Assembly (NCBI GenBank): GCA_964607705.1
Contig: CAZSLI010000002.1
Span: 2,791 to 66,790, forward strand
Source: an uncultured Eubacteriales bacterium
Lineage (GTDB): Bacteria > Actinomycetota > Coriobacteriia > Anaerosomatales > PHET01
Length of the DNA stretch: 64,000 nucleotides
Direction of reading: 5' to 3'
The notes beneath the pieces were generated by a model. It did not search any database and was not told the origin of the DNA. It saw only the letters and a program-made list of their open reading frames with translations. Numbering within the stretch: the stretch's first letter is position 1; each line of letters begins with the position of its first letter. Below, piece by piece: positions 32,281-41,157 of this stretch. The position numbers were made by a program, and so were the translations under genes.

Positions 32281-32625
32281 ATGGCTCTCCCCGTGATAGT
32301 CGAGGTATACGACATCCCCCAGGCCACCGAGTGTTTCTCGGGAGGTTGAGGCCCTTCATGGTCTCCGGAGGAGATCACAGCGATCGTCCGCGCAGAGATC
32401 GAGCGCCGCTACGGCGACGATGCGCAGATCGCCTACCTCAATCTGGATGAGGAAACGGTACGCCACGAGCACGCCGAGATCGTCGCTCAGATAGAGACGC
32501 GCGGCCTGATCTATCCCGTCACCGTCGTCGACGGCGTGCCGCTCTACGATGGTGCGGTAAGTTACCCCGCCATCATGCGAGCGGTACAGAACAAGCTCGC
32601 CGAGATGGAATCCGCAGAAGCCTAG
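32281..32625 (+). CDS. candidate selenoprotein: ArsD/YuzD-like thioredoxin-fold protein with in-frame UGA (114 codons, U at codon 23)
   Basis: ATG 6 nt after AGGAGG. The frame stays GC3-rich on both sides of the TGA at 32347-32349. It reads MALPVIVEVYDIPQATECFSGG-U-GPSWSPEEITAIVRAEIERRYGDDAQIAYLNLDEE...GLIYPVTVVDGVPLYDGAVSYPAIMRAVQNKLAEMESAEA. No usable start codon follows the TGA. The ORF track misses this gene. Confidence 0.5.
32359..32377 (+). other. hairpin 10 nt downstream of the in-frame UGA (candidate bacterial SECIS, the selenocysteine insertion element)
   Basis: TGGTCTC-CGGAG-GAGATCA, a 7-bp stem (one G-U pair) with a G-rich 5-nt apical loop starting 19 nt after the U of UGA. The position and the loop G residues fit bacterial SECIS expectations. 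The stem is short. Confidence 0.35.
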
Positions 32626-32642
32626 TGCGCTAGACTCGTGTC

Positions 32643-33788
32643 ATGAACACAGTCAGCCTCGCGCGATGCGACACGTATCACCCCGATGAAGTGAATCGAG
32701 CACTTGACGCCGCCCTCTCCCCACTCGGGGGGATGGCGGCGTTCGTATCTCCCGGCCAAAGCGTACTCATCAAGGTCAACCTGCTGTCCCGAGCGCTTCC
32801 GGAGCGCGCCGTCATGACGCACCCGGATGTCGTGCGCGGGATCATCCGAGCGGTTCGGGCAGCCGGGGGCGTCCCTCGCGTGGGCGACAGCCCCGGTGGC
32901 CCCAACACTGCCGGACAGTGGCGACGCATCGTCCACGACAGCGGCATAGCCGAGGTCTGTGCCGACGAGGGATGCGAGCTCCTGCTGCTCGACGATGAAT
33001 GCACCCGTGTGACGAGCCCTTCGGGCGGCCTGTACGGTTCATTCACCATCGGGAAGGCGGTCGCGGACGCCGACGTCCTCATCACGGTTCCGAAGTTCAA
33101 GACGCACGGCTTCATGATGTTCACTGGCGCGGTCAAGAACCTCTTCGGCTGCATTCCGGGACTTGAGAAGGCCCAGTACCACCTCAAGGTGCCGGACCGG
33201 GACGACTTCGCGGACATGTTGGTCGACCTCATGCTTGCTTGCCGACCGGCTCTCGCCATCATGGACGCCGTGGTCGGCATGGAGGGAGAGGGGCCCGCTG
33301 GTGGGGTTCCTCGGCAGGTAGGCGCGTTGATCGCTTCGGCCGACTGTGTCGCGCTGGACGTGGTCGCCTCGGCCATGGCCGGCCTCGAGCCGCTCGAGGT
33401 GTACACCAACCGCGCAGCGGCCCGCCGAGGAATCGGACCGTCGTCAGTCGACGAAGTCGACGTGGTGGGCGCGGACTGGCGCTCGCTCGCTCCCGACGGT
33501 TTCGCACTTCCGGCGCGCGACCTCACGGCGCGCATGCCCGCATGGCTGGCGCCCCGGCTTCGCGGCTGGACGACCGCGCGGCCCGTCTTGGAGCGAGCGC
33601 AGGACTGTACGCGATGCGGTACGTGTGGAAAGGTGTGCCCGGTGGAGGCGATCGTCGTCGATGCCAAGGGGCCACACTTCGACCGCGAGAAATGCATCCG
33701 GTGCTACTGCTGCCAGGAGCTCTGTCCGCCGCAGGCTATCGGCCTCACGGTGCCACCGCTCGCGCGACTGCTCTCGAAGCGACGCTGA
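32643..33788 (+). CDS. DUF362-domain protein with C-terminal 2x[4Fe-4S] ferredoxin domain
   Basis: 381 aa. VLIKVNLLS...KFKTHGFMMFTGAVKNLFGCIPG..KAQYH (DUF362), then CTRCGTCGKVCP and CIRCYCCQELCP. Confidence 0.85.
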   Translation: MNTVSLARCDTYHPDEVNRALDAALSPLGGMAAFVSPGQSVLIKVNLLSRALPERAVMTHPDVVRGIIRAVRAAGGVPRVGDSPGGPNTAGQWRRIVHDSGIAEVCADEGCELLLLDDECTRVTSPSGGLYGSFTIGKAVADADVLITVPKFKTHGFMMFTGAVKNLFGCIPGLEKAQYHLKVPDRDDFADMLVDLMLACRPALAIMDAVVGMEGEGPAGGVPRQVGALIASADCVALDVVASAMAGLEPLEVYTNRAAARRGIGPSSVDEVDVVGADWRSLAPDGFALPARDLTARMPAWLAPRLRGWTTARPVLERAQDCTRCGTCGKVCPVEAIVVDAKGPHFDREKCIRCYCCQELCPPQAIGLTVPPLARLLSKRR

Positions 33789-33792
33789 CGGG

Positions 33793-34092
33793 TCAGCTGC
33801 GACCGAATCGGTCGACGAACATGCCCACCAGACCACGGTCCCAGAAGACGTCCCAGGCGTTCGCCCCTTCAGGAGCCAAAGTAGCGTCATAACGACGTCG
33901 CTTCTCGGGATCCTTCAGCACGGAGTGGGCCTCGTTGATGGCCTGCATGCGCTTGGTTGCCGACGCGTGCTCCGCGGCGGGGCGCCGGTCCGGGTGGTAC
34001 TTGAGCGACAGCGCCTTGTACGCCCGCTCGATGACTTCCGGCTCGGCCCGCCGAGAGACCTGGAGCGTCGCGTAGTGGTCTTGATCAGTCAT
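33793..34092 (-). CDS. small J-domain (DnaJ-like) protein (99 aa)
   Basis: The inner ATG gives MTDQDHYATLQVSRRAEPEVIERAYKALSLKYHPDR...INEAHSVLKDPEKRRRYD with the HPD motif. Its start codon overlaps the PBP1A stop codon by 1 nt. Confidence 0.8.
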   Translation of the reverse strand: MTDQDHYATLQVSRRAEPEVIERAYKALSLKYHPDRRPAAEHASATKRMQAINEAHSVLKDPEKRRRYDATLAPEGANAWDVFWDRGLVGMFVDRFGRS

Positions 34093-36077
34093 CAGTGCAG
34101 CGTACACGTCTCTTGAGGCACCAGTTCCGTGGCGAGGTAGAGGTCGATCGTTCTCGGACACTTCTGGTTGGCGAGCAGCATCGAGTCGCGGCAGATCCGT
34201 ACCATCACCACGCTGGTCGACGCGTCGCCGGCCGGAGTCACCGGCGCGGAGCGGACTTTCGTCGCCTGCTTCATGTACGCCGACCATATCTCTGCGGGGA
34301 TGCTGCCGCCGGTCACCTTGTCGCCGTGCACGTTGGTCATCGCGATCTGCGCCTGCGGATAGCCGACCCACACCGCCGTCGCCATGTCGCCTGACCACCC
34401 GACGAACCACGCATCTCGATACGACTGGGTCGTTCCGGTCTTGCCGGCCGCCCACTTGCCGAACTTGGCCTTCGTGGCGGTGCCCTGCTCGACAACTTCG
34501 TGCAGCATGAGCGACGCCTGGACGGCGACGGCACGATCGAGTGCCCGCGTGGGCTTGGTCTTCGGCTCGTACACCGGTTTGCCCGCGTCGTCGGTGACAC
34601 GAAGGATCCCGGTGGGCACGGCGTGGACGCCCTCGTTGGCCAGCGTGCCGTAGGCCGACGCCATCTCGAGAGGCGACACTCCCCTCTTCAGGCCACCGAG
34701 CGCGATCGCGGGGTCCGGGTCGAGCGGGGTGGTGATTCCCATGCGCCGCGCCGTCTTCACGACGTTCTTAGCTCCCACCTGCATGATCAGGCGTGCGTAG
34801 ACGGCATTGACCGACCAGTTCGTGGCAGCCTGAAGCGTTATGCGCGGTTTCGTCTTGCGGTTCTCGTAGTTGTCGACCTGCCAGACGCCGTCCTTCACGG
34901 GCACGCTGTACGGCGTAGCTTCGAACACCTGTTGAGGACCGACGCCCTTCTCAAGGGCCGTCACAAGCACGAACGGCTTGAACGCGGATCCCGGCTGCCT
35001 TCTGCCCTGAGCCGCGAGGTTGAACTGGTTCTTCGCGAAGTCGCGTCCGCCCACCATGGCGAGTACCCGGCCATCGCTCGGCCGTACGGTGACGATCGCC
35101 ACCTCAGGATCCGCCTCCGCTGAGAGCCGTGCGGCCGACTTCTCGGCGGCCTCTTGGATCGCGGGATCGAGCGTGGTGTACACCCGAAGCCCGCCGCCGA
35201 AGACGGCCTTGGAGCCGAGACGATCGATCAGGTCGCGTTTGACGTACTCGACAAAATAGGGCGCCGTCTGACGAACGTCTTCCCGGGGGTTGATGCCTAT
35301 CGGCGCCTCCTTAGCCTGACGCGCCTGGCGAGGAGTTATGTAGCCCTGCTCCGCCATCTTATCGAGCACCACGTCGCGTCGCCGCTTGGAGTCCTCGGGG
35401 TGGTAGATCGGGTCGAAGCGCGACGGCGACTGAATGGTGCCCGCGAGCAATGCGGCCTCGGGCAAGGTGAGCGACGATACCGGGCGGCCGAAGTAGTGTC
35501 TGGAAGCGCTCTCGGCACCATAAGCGCCGCTGCCGAAGTAGACGGTGTTCAGGTAGGTCCCGAGTACGTGATCCTTGTCGATCTTCTGCTCGAGCTGATT
35601 GGCGAGAAGCGCCTCTTTGAGCTTTCGTGTCAGCGTGCGCTCACCCTTGGTGAACAGGATCTTCACCAGTTGCTGGGTGATGGTGCTCCCGCCCTGCTCC
35701 ACTTGCTGAGTCTCAGCATTGACCTTGAGCGCCCTCAGGATCGCCTCGCTGTCCACTCCCTTGTGCTCGTAGAAGCGCTGGTCCTCGATAGCGACGACTG
35801 CATTGCGCAGGTGCATGGGAATGCTGTCGAACGGCACGACGGTGCGGTCCTGCTCGCCGTGCCACTCCGCCAGTACCGAGCCGTCGGCTGCGTAGACGAC
35901 CGAGGTCCTCGGCGTCTCGAGGCCCACCTTGGTGGCATCGAGATCCGGGAGGGTGCGCGCAAGCGAGGACAGGTAGAGCGCGAAGCCGAGCGTCGTGATG
36001 AGGACGAGGACCAGCCCAGTCGCGCACCAGCCGAGTATGAGGCTCAGACGACGGCTCCGGGACATTGCGACTGCCAT
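34092..36077 (-). CDS. bifunctional class A penicillin-binding protein (transglycosylase/transpeptidase)
   Basis: 661 aa. N-terminal TM helix, GT51 motifs (AIEDQRFYEHKGVD, GGSTITQQL), and transpeptidase SAFK, SVN and KTGTT motifs. Confidence 0.93.
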   Translation of the reverse strand: MAVAMSRSRRLSLILGWCATGLVLVLITTLGFALYLSSLARTLPDLDATKVGLETPRTSVVYAADGSVLAEWHGEQDRTVVPFDSIPMHLRNAVVAIEDQRFYEHKGVDSEAILRALKVNAETQQVEQGGSTITQQLVKILFTKGERTLTRKLKEALLANQLEQKIDKDHVLGTYLNTVYFGSGAYGAESASRHYFGRPVSSLTLPEAALLAGTIQSPSRFDPIYHPEDSKRRRDVVLDKMAEQGYITPRQARQAKEAPIGINPREDVRQTAPYFVEYVKRDLIDRLGSKAVFGGGLRVYTTLDPAIQEAAEKSAARLSAEADPEVAIVTVRPSDGRVLAMVGGRDFAKNQFNLAAQGRRQPGSAFKPFVLVTALEKGVGPQQVFEATPYSVPVKDGVWQVDNYENRKTKPRITLQAATNWSVNAVYARLIMQVGAKNVVKTARRMGITTPLDPDPAIALGGLKRGVSPLEMASAYGTLANEGVHAVPTGILRVTDDAGKPVYEPKTKPTRALDRAVAVQASLMLHEVVEQGTATKAKFGKWAAGKTGTTQSYRDAWFVGWSGDMATAVWVGYPQAQIAMTNVHGDKVTGGSIPAEIWSAYMKQATKVRSAPVTPAGDASTSVVMVRICRDSMLLANQKCPRTIDLYLATELVPQETCTLH

Positions 36078-36205
36078 TCACGTAGTGGTGCGCGAGGTCA
36101 TGCATCGAACCGCTCGACCAGCGCTGCCCGGTGATCCGGACGGCCCGGAAATCGTAGCACGCAAAGAAGATGCCTAGATGGTTAGTCGAGCCAGCAGAGT
36201 GTCCG

Positions 36206-37114
36206 TCAGTTGGGCGCCGGCTCGTGGACGACGCGCGCAGCCAGCTCCGAAGCAACGACGCCCGCCAGCACAAGACCCGCGCCCACCAGCTGGAGCGGGC
36301 TAAGCCTCTCACCGAGGACGACGGCCGCAAGCGCGATCGTGAAGAGCGGCTCGAACGTCGAGACGACCGCCGCCTGAGAGGGACCGAGCCCCTGGATGCC
36401 GCCAAGGTACAAGAGCACCGCCGCGAACGTGGGTACCAAGACGATCGCGATCAGAAGCGTCCAGGTCCAGGCGGTCCAGTCGGCAGTCGACAACGATGCC
36501 ACTCCCGCCGTCGCGATGGTTCCCACTGCCGGCAACAGTACCGCGATGCCGAACGTGTAGGTCATCATCGTCAGCCTGCCGCGCCCCGGTAGCCAGCGGT
36601 GCGAGAGCAGGTTGAAGAGCGTGTATCCGACGGCGGCTCCGAGCCCCAATGCGATGCCCTGCCACTCGGCATGGATCTCACCACTGCCCACCCCAACGAC
36701 GAGGGCACAGCCGATGAAGGTGATGAGCACCGCGAGTCCCTGTTGCCAGGTGGCGCGCTCTCCGAGGAACAGCCATCCGGAGACCGTGACCAGTGCGGGA
36801 TAGGCGTACAGCAGAACAGCCACGATCGAGGCGTCCGCGTACGTGAGCGCGTAGAAGAAGCAGACCGAGGCCGCCCCGTACCCGGTGAGAGCGAGCAAGG
36901 CGTACCGTCCGATGTCGGCACGCGGCACGAAGAGCGCGCGGCGATCCCGCACCGTGGCAACGACGCCCAGCAGCACGGCGGCGATCGCGAAGCGCCACGT
37001 CAGCAGTGGCAGCGGCTCGGCGCCCGCGCGGTACGCGAGCGGCGTGAGCACTGCCAGCGTGCCGAAGCAGGCTGCAGAGACGATGACCGCGAACAGAGAC
37101 CAGCGACGATCCAC
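36206..37114 (-). CDS. EamA/DMT-family transporter
   Basis: Ten predicted TM helices in two EamA repeats. The GTG start at 37114 lies 6 nt after AAGGAGGAG. The track ORF extends to 37162. Confidence 0.8.
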   Translation of the reverse strand: MDRRWSLFAVIVSAACFGTLAVLTPLAYRAGAEPLPLLTWRFAIAAVLLGVVATVRDRRALFVPRADIGRYALLALTGYGAASVCFFYALTYADASIVAVLLYAYPALVTVSGWLFLGERATWQQGLAVLITFIGCALVVGVGSGEIHAEWQGIALGLGAAVGYTLFNLLSHRWLPGRGRLTMMTYTFGIAVLLPAVGTIATAGVASLSTADWTAWTWTLLIAIVLVPTFAAVLLYLGGIQGLGPSQAAVVSTFEPLFTIALAAVVLGERLSPLQLVGAGLVLAGVVASELAARVVHEPAPN

Positions 37115-37212
37115 TCGCAACTCCTCCTTGGAATGGCGCCTACCGTCGCATCCAGCCCGCACGCCGTCAACCGTGCTAGACTGCCGCTCGCGTCGAGAGG
37201 CAGGGAGCCGCA

Positions 37213-37599
37213 GTGGGACGAGTCAACACGCGCATAGTGAGATGGTTCATGGTCGCGGTCTGGGCCACGGCGATCTTCCTCATGTCGGCCACGCCGGGCT
37301 CCTCATTGCCGGGCGGCTTCAGCATCCAAGGCCACCTGTTCGAGTACACGGTGTTCGGGCTGCTGCTCTACCGGGCGCTACGACTCAACTGCGGCCGAGG
37401 AGTCGCCCTCGCCATCGCCATCGCGATCGCATCGGCGTACGGCGTCACTGACGAGTTCCACCAGTCGTTCGTGCCGCTGCGCACGCCGGACCCCGCCGAC
37501 TGGATGCTGGACACGCTCGGCGCGACATTCGGCGCCTCGATCGCACTCGCCGCCGAGGTACTCGGCGAACGTCTTCGCGCCAAGAAGGCCGATCAGTAG
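37213..37599 (+). CDS. VanZ-like membrane protein
   Basis: 128 aa, four TM helices. YGVTDEFHQSFVPLRTPDPADWMLDTLGA is the VanZ signature. Confidence 0.8.
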   Translation: MGRVNTRIVRWFMVAVWATAIFLMSATPGSSLPGGFSIQGHLFEYTVFGLLLYRALRLNCGRGVALAIAIAIASAYGVTDEFHQSFVPLRTPDPADWMLDTLGATFGASIALAAEVLGERLRAKKADQ

Positions 37600-38696
37600 A
37601 TCCCGGTCTGGGCGGCCGACTGGGGATCGATGCCCATCTGGCGCACCTTGATCTTGAAGTCGTGCGCGTTATGCGCCATGGCGATCGCGTCGTCGAGAGT
37701 CACCTGGCGGTTCTGGTACAGGCTCAGCAGCGACTGGTCGAACGTCTGCATGCCGTAGTACTGCCCCTCTTCCATGGCGTCCCGGATCATGTACGTCTTC
37801 TCGGCGTCCGTGATGTACTCGCGGATGGTGCCGGTCATGACGAGAACCTCGACCGCCGGGACGAGGCCGCCCTGCAACGACGGGACGAGCCTCAGGCAGA
37901 CGATCCCCTTAAGGGTCGCCGCGAGCATGAGCCGCACCTGCTTCTGCTGGTACGGGGGGAAGAAGTCGATGATGCGGCTGATGGTCTCCGTGGCGTCGAT
38001 AGTGTGCAGCGTGGAGAGGACCAGGTTGCCGATCTCGGCCGCTGTCAGGGCCGCCGAGACGGTCTCGTGGTCACGCATCTCACCGATGAGTACCACGTCC
38101 GGGTCTTGCCTGACGACGTGGCGAAGCGCGTCAGCGTAGCTCTCGGTGTCGATACCGATCTCGCGCTGGTTGACGATGCACTTCTTGTCCTGGTGGAGGA
38201 CCTCGATCGGGTCCTCGATAGTGACGATGTGCCCCTCGCGCGTACTGTTGATGTGATCGATCATCGCCGCGAGGGTAGTGGTCTTGCCCGAGCCGGCCGT
38301 TCCCGTGACGAGGATGAGGCCGCGAGGCTCATCGGCGAGCTGACGGATGACCGGCGGGAGGCCGAGGTCCTCGATGCTGGCGCGCTCGGTGGCCACGCGG
38401 CGAAGCGTCATGCCGACGCTGCCGCGCTGGTGGAACACGTTGACCCGGAAGCGACCGACGCCGGCGCACGAATAGGCGAAGTCGATCTCGCGGTGGTTCT
38501 CGAACGACTGGCTCTGCCGCTCGTCCATCATCCCGACCGCGAGGATCTTGGCCTGGTCGGCGGTCAGAGCGGGGTACTCGCTCAGGATCACGAGGCGCCC
38601 ATTCAGGCGGATCGCGGGCGGGCTACCGACCTTGACGTGCAAGTCGGAGCTTCCTCGCTCCGTCATCACCCTGAGCAGTCCGTCGATCTCAGCCAC
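37593..38696 (-). CDS. pilT: type IV pilus retraction ATPase PilT family
   Basis: 367 aa. Walker A GTAGSGKTTT, Asp box, Walker B VVLIGEMRD, His box and LVLSTLHTIDA. No other pilus gene is in the window. Confidence 0.92.
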   Translation of the reverse strand: MAEIDGLLRVMTERGSSDLHVKVGSPPAIRLNGRLVILSEYPALTADQAKILAVGMMDERQSQSFENHREIDFAYSCAGVGRFRVNVFHQRGSVGMTLRRVATERASIEDLGLPPVIRQLADEPRGLILVTGTAGSGKTTTLAAMIDHINSTREGHIVTIEDPIEVLHQDKKCIVNQREIGIDTESYADALRHVVRQDPDVVLIGEMRDHETVSAALTAAEIGNLVLSTLHTIDATETISRIIDFFPPYQQKQVRLMLAATLKGIVCLRLVPSLQGGLVPAVEVLVMTGTIREYITDAEKTYMIRDAMEEGQYYGMQTFDQSLLSLYQNRQVTLDDAIAMAHNAHDFKIKVRQMGIDPQSAAQTGIY

Positions 38697-38792
38697 TGCG
38701 GTTCATCTCCCCGAATGTCTTGCGAGCGAGAAGGGATCTTGGCCCCTCACACAAGTATCGTCGAGTGACCCGCCGTCCTGAAGTCCAAGCGG

Positions 38793-39899
38793 TTACGGGC
38801 GGCAGGCACCGACGTAGTTCGAGTGCAGAGGGTCGATGCGCACGCTGGCGCCGGTGTGGGGCGCGTGGATCATCATCCCGCCGCCAACATACATGCCGAC
38901 GTGGTGGATCGGTGAGCCGAAGAAGACGAGGTCGCCGGGCTGCAGGTTGCTTCTGCTCACGCGCTCGCCGTAGCCGATCTGCGCGCGCGAGCTGTGCGGC
39001 AGCGAGACCCCCACCTGGCGGTAGACGAACATGGTGAACCCGGAACAGTCGAACGAATTGGGACCGTCGGCCGCCCAGACGTACGGCGCACCGAGGTAGC
39101 GGCGCGCGATGTCGACGACGTCGCTGCGGGGCGCCCTCGTCGGCGCCGGGAAGTCGCGTTCGTCCGGCGCGGGTGACGAGACCAACTGCGCGGCCCTCGC
39201 GGCACGCGCCGCAGTCTCCTGCGCCTCGAGAGCCGCGATCTCCGCCTCGATACCGCTCAGTTTCCGCTTGCGCTCAGCGAGGTCGGATTGGATCTCTCGG
39301 TAGTTCCTCTTCATGACCGCCTGCTTGCGAGCCGCGGCCCGCTCCTTGGCGGTGTACTCTCGATGCGCCTTTGCCGCTTCGATGCGCAAACTCTTGAGAC
39401 GAGCGACGTTCTGGGCATCGGCGGCGCTCAGATCGCGGAGCACGTCCCACGTCGCCGCGAATTCATCGAAGGACTGGGCGCCGAGGAGCACTTCGACGAA
39501 GCCCATCTGACCCGACCGGTACATGCTGCTGGCACGTACGTTCAGGTGGCGCTGCACGACGTTCATGCGCGCCTTGACTTTCTTGAGCCGCGCGCCGGCC
39601 TGCCTCTTCTCTCGAAGCAACTTGCCGTGCTGCGCGCTCGCCTCGTTATAGCGCTCGGCCGCCACCTCGACTCGGTGGTCCAAGCGGTCTATTTGCGCTT
39701 TGACGGTCCGTGCCTGTTCGACCTTGCTGCTCGGCACGGCGCCGGCGGGGGTGGCAGAGAACGCGATCGTCGCCACGAGGGCGAACGTCGCGAATGCCTT
39801 GCTGCGGGTAGTCAGTTCGTTTCCTCCCTGGCGATTCCGGAGGCAGACACTCCGATGGATTCTATCACTGGCGGGACTTGTCAGTCGAACACGACGCAC
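38793..39899 (-). CDS. secreted NlpC/P60 peptidoglycan endopeptidase with N-terminal coiled coil (CwlO/RipA-like)
   Basis: Signal-like FATFALVATIAFSATPAGA, a long coiled coil, and C-terminal DCSGFTMFVYRQVG...GDLVFF...HVGMYVGGGMMIHAP. The start is uncertain: GTG at 39899, or a non-canonical start after AGGGAGGA near 39815. Confidence 0.88.
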   Translation of the reverse strand: MRRVRLTSPASDRIHRSVCLRNRQGGNELTTRSKAFATFALVATIAFSATPAGAVPSSKVEQARTVKAQIDRLDHRVEVAAERYNEASAQHGKLLREKRQAGARLKKVKARMNVVQRHLNVRASSMYRSGQMGFVEVLLGAQSFDEFAATWDVLRDLSAADAQNVARLKSLRIEAAKAHREYTAKERAAARKQAVMKRNYREIQSDLAERKRKLSGIEAEIAALEAQETAARAARAAQLVSSPAPDERDFPAPTRAPRSDVVDIARRYLGAPYVWAADGPNSFDCSGFTMFVYRQVGVSLPHSSRAQIGYGERVSRSNLQPGDLVFFGSPIHHVGMYVGGGMMIHAPHTGASVRIDPLHSNYVGACRP

Positions 39900-40774
39900 A
39901 GTGCATCGAGCAACGCCACCGCGACGCTCTGCTCGCCGCGCTCGCCTTCGACCTGCGGTTCTTCCAGTTCGATGATCACTTCAGGCGGCTTGGACCGCGA
40001 TGAGGTCACTGCCGTGAGAAGCCGGGACGCGAGCGACTCACGCGGCGCGATATGAACTACCGGCCTATCAAGAACAGCAGAAGCCGTGCCGCTTGAGCCG
40101 ATGCGCATGATGAGTCGGGCATCCTCGGCAGGAGGATGCTCCGGCTGTGCGAGCCGTACGCGCGATGTCTCGGTGGTCGCGATCGCAAGATTGGTCACCC
40201 GTCCGGCGACCTTGTCCCCTGCCGCATCGAGACCCGATACCTCGGCGGCGAGGCGTGACAGCACCTCCGCCGCACGCGCCGGACCGAGGGTCGCGGCCGA
40301 GTGTGCGCGCGCCTCCTTGCCCTCCCACACGTGCTTCAGCGACTCGATGACGCGGACGGTCTCCGGCCCGACGATACCGTCGGCCGGAAGTGCGGCATTG
40401 CGCTGCAACTCGCGCACCGCACGCTCGGTGTACGCGCCGAAGATGCCGTCGGGTTGACCGCACGCGAATCCCAAGATGTTGAGCGCCTGCTGAAGGACCC
40501 GGACGTCGCGTCCGTGGAAGTGGGGCACGCGCAGGTAGAGCATGCGGTCCCCGAGCATGAACGTGGCATCGACCAGGGCGGCCCAGGTCTGGTCCCCGAC
40601 CCATCCGTCCTCGGTGATGCGCAGGTCGGACTGGAACGCCCTCACGGCGTCTGCGGTCTCACCAAAGAAGAGGCCGTCGACACCCGCGCGTCCCAGATCG
40701 TAACCCAGCGTCCTCAGGCGGCGCTGTATGTCTTCGACGGCCGGCCCTCTATCGCCGAGCCGCACGGGTCTCAT
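39881..40774 (-). CDS. protein with two PG_binding_1 domains and an uncharacterised C-terminal domain, no signal peptide
   Basis: 297 aa. Contains LGDRGPAVEDIQRRLRTLGY...DGLFFGETADAVRAFQ and GRDVRVLQQALNILGF...DGIFGAYTERAVRELQ repeats. Confidence 0.75.
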   Translation of the reverse strand: MRPVRLGDRGPAVEDIQRRLRTLGYDLGRAGVDGLFFGETADAVRAFQSDLRITEDGWVGDQTWAALVDATFMLGDRMLYLRVPHFHGRDVRVLQQALNILGFACGQPDGIFGAYTERAVRELQRNAALPADGIVGPETVRVIESLKHVWEGKEARAHSAATLGPARAAEVLSRLAAEVSGLDAAGDKVAGRVTNLAIATTETSRVRLAQPEHPPAEDARLIMRIGSSGTASAVLDRPVVHIAPRESLASRLLTAVTSSRSKPPEVIIELEEPQVEGERGEQSVAVALLDALCVVFD

Positions 40775-40792
40775 CCGAGGAACCTCCAGGTA

Positions 40793-41143
40793 TCAGCGCT
40801 CAGTGCCGTAGCGCTGCCGAAACCGCTCCGCCCCCTGCTGCAGACGGTTACCCGCGCCACCGCTCGTGCGCATGAAGCGCTCGATCTCCATGGCGACGAC
40901 GGGGTTCGGCAGGTACTCGCACTCGAACGCGCCCGATTCGCCGCCGCAGTCTATCACGAAGCCGGAGGCTAAAGCGTCGAGGATGACGCGCAGCCGGGCG
41001 CCGGAAACGCCCGTGGCACGCATTATCCGTTCGGAGTCCAGACGCTCGCCTGGGTGTTCACGGAAGAATCCGACCACATCGCGGGTTGCGGAAAGGGTGT
41101 CACGGTCATCCGGCAGGGCTTGTAGTGCCCTGCGAAGACTCAT
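40793..41143 (-). CDS. hypothetical protein (116 aa), possibly winged-helix
   Basis: Track ORF with protein-like composition. Only a weak resemblance to a wHTH (ERIMRATGVSGARLRVILDALASGFVI). Confidence 0.5.
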   Translation of the reverse strand: MSLRRALQALPDDRDTLSATRDVVGFFREHPGERLDSERIMRATGVSGARLRVILDALASGFVIDCGGESGAFECEYLPNPVVAMEIERFMRTSGGAGNRLQQGAERFRQRYGTER

Positions 41144-41157
41144 GACCCCTCCTCTCC

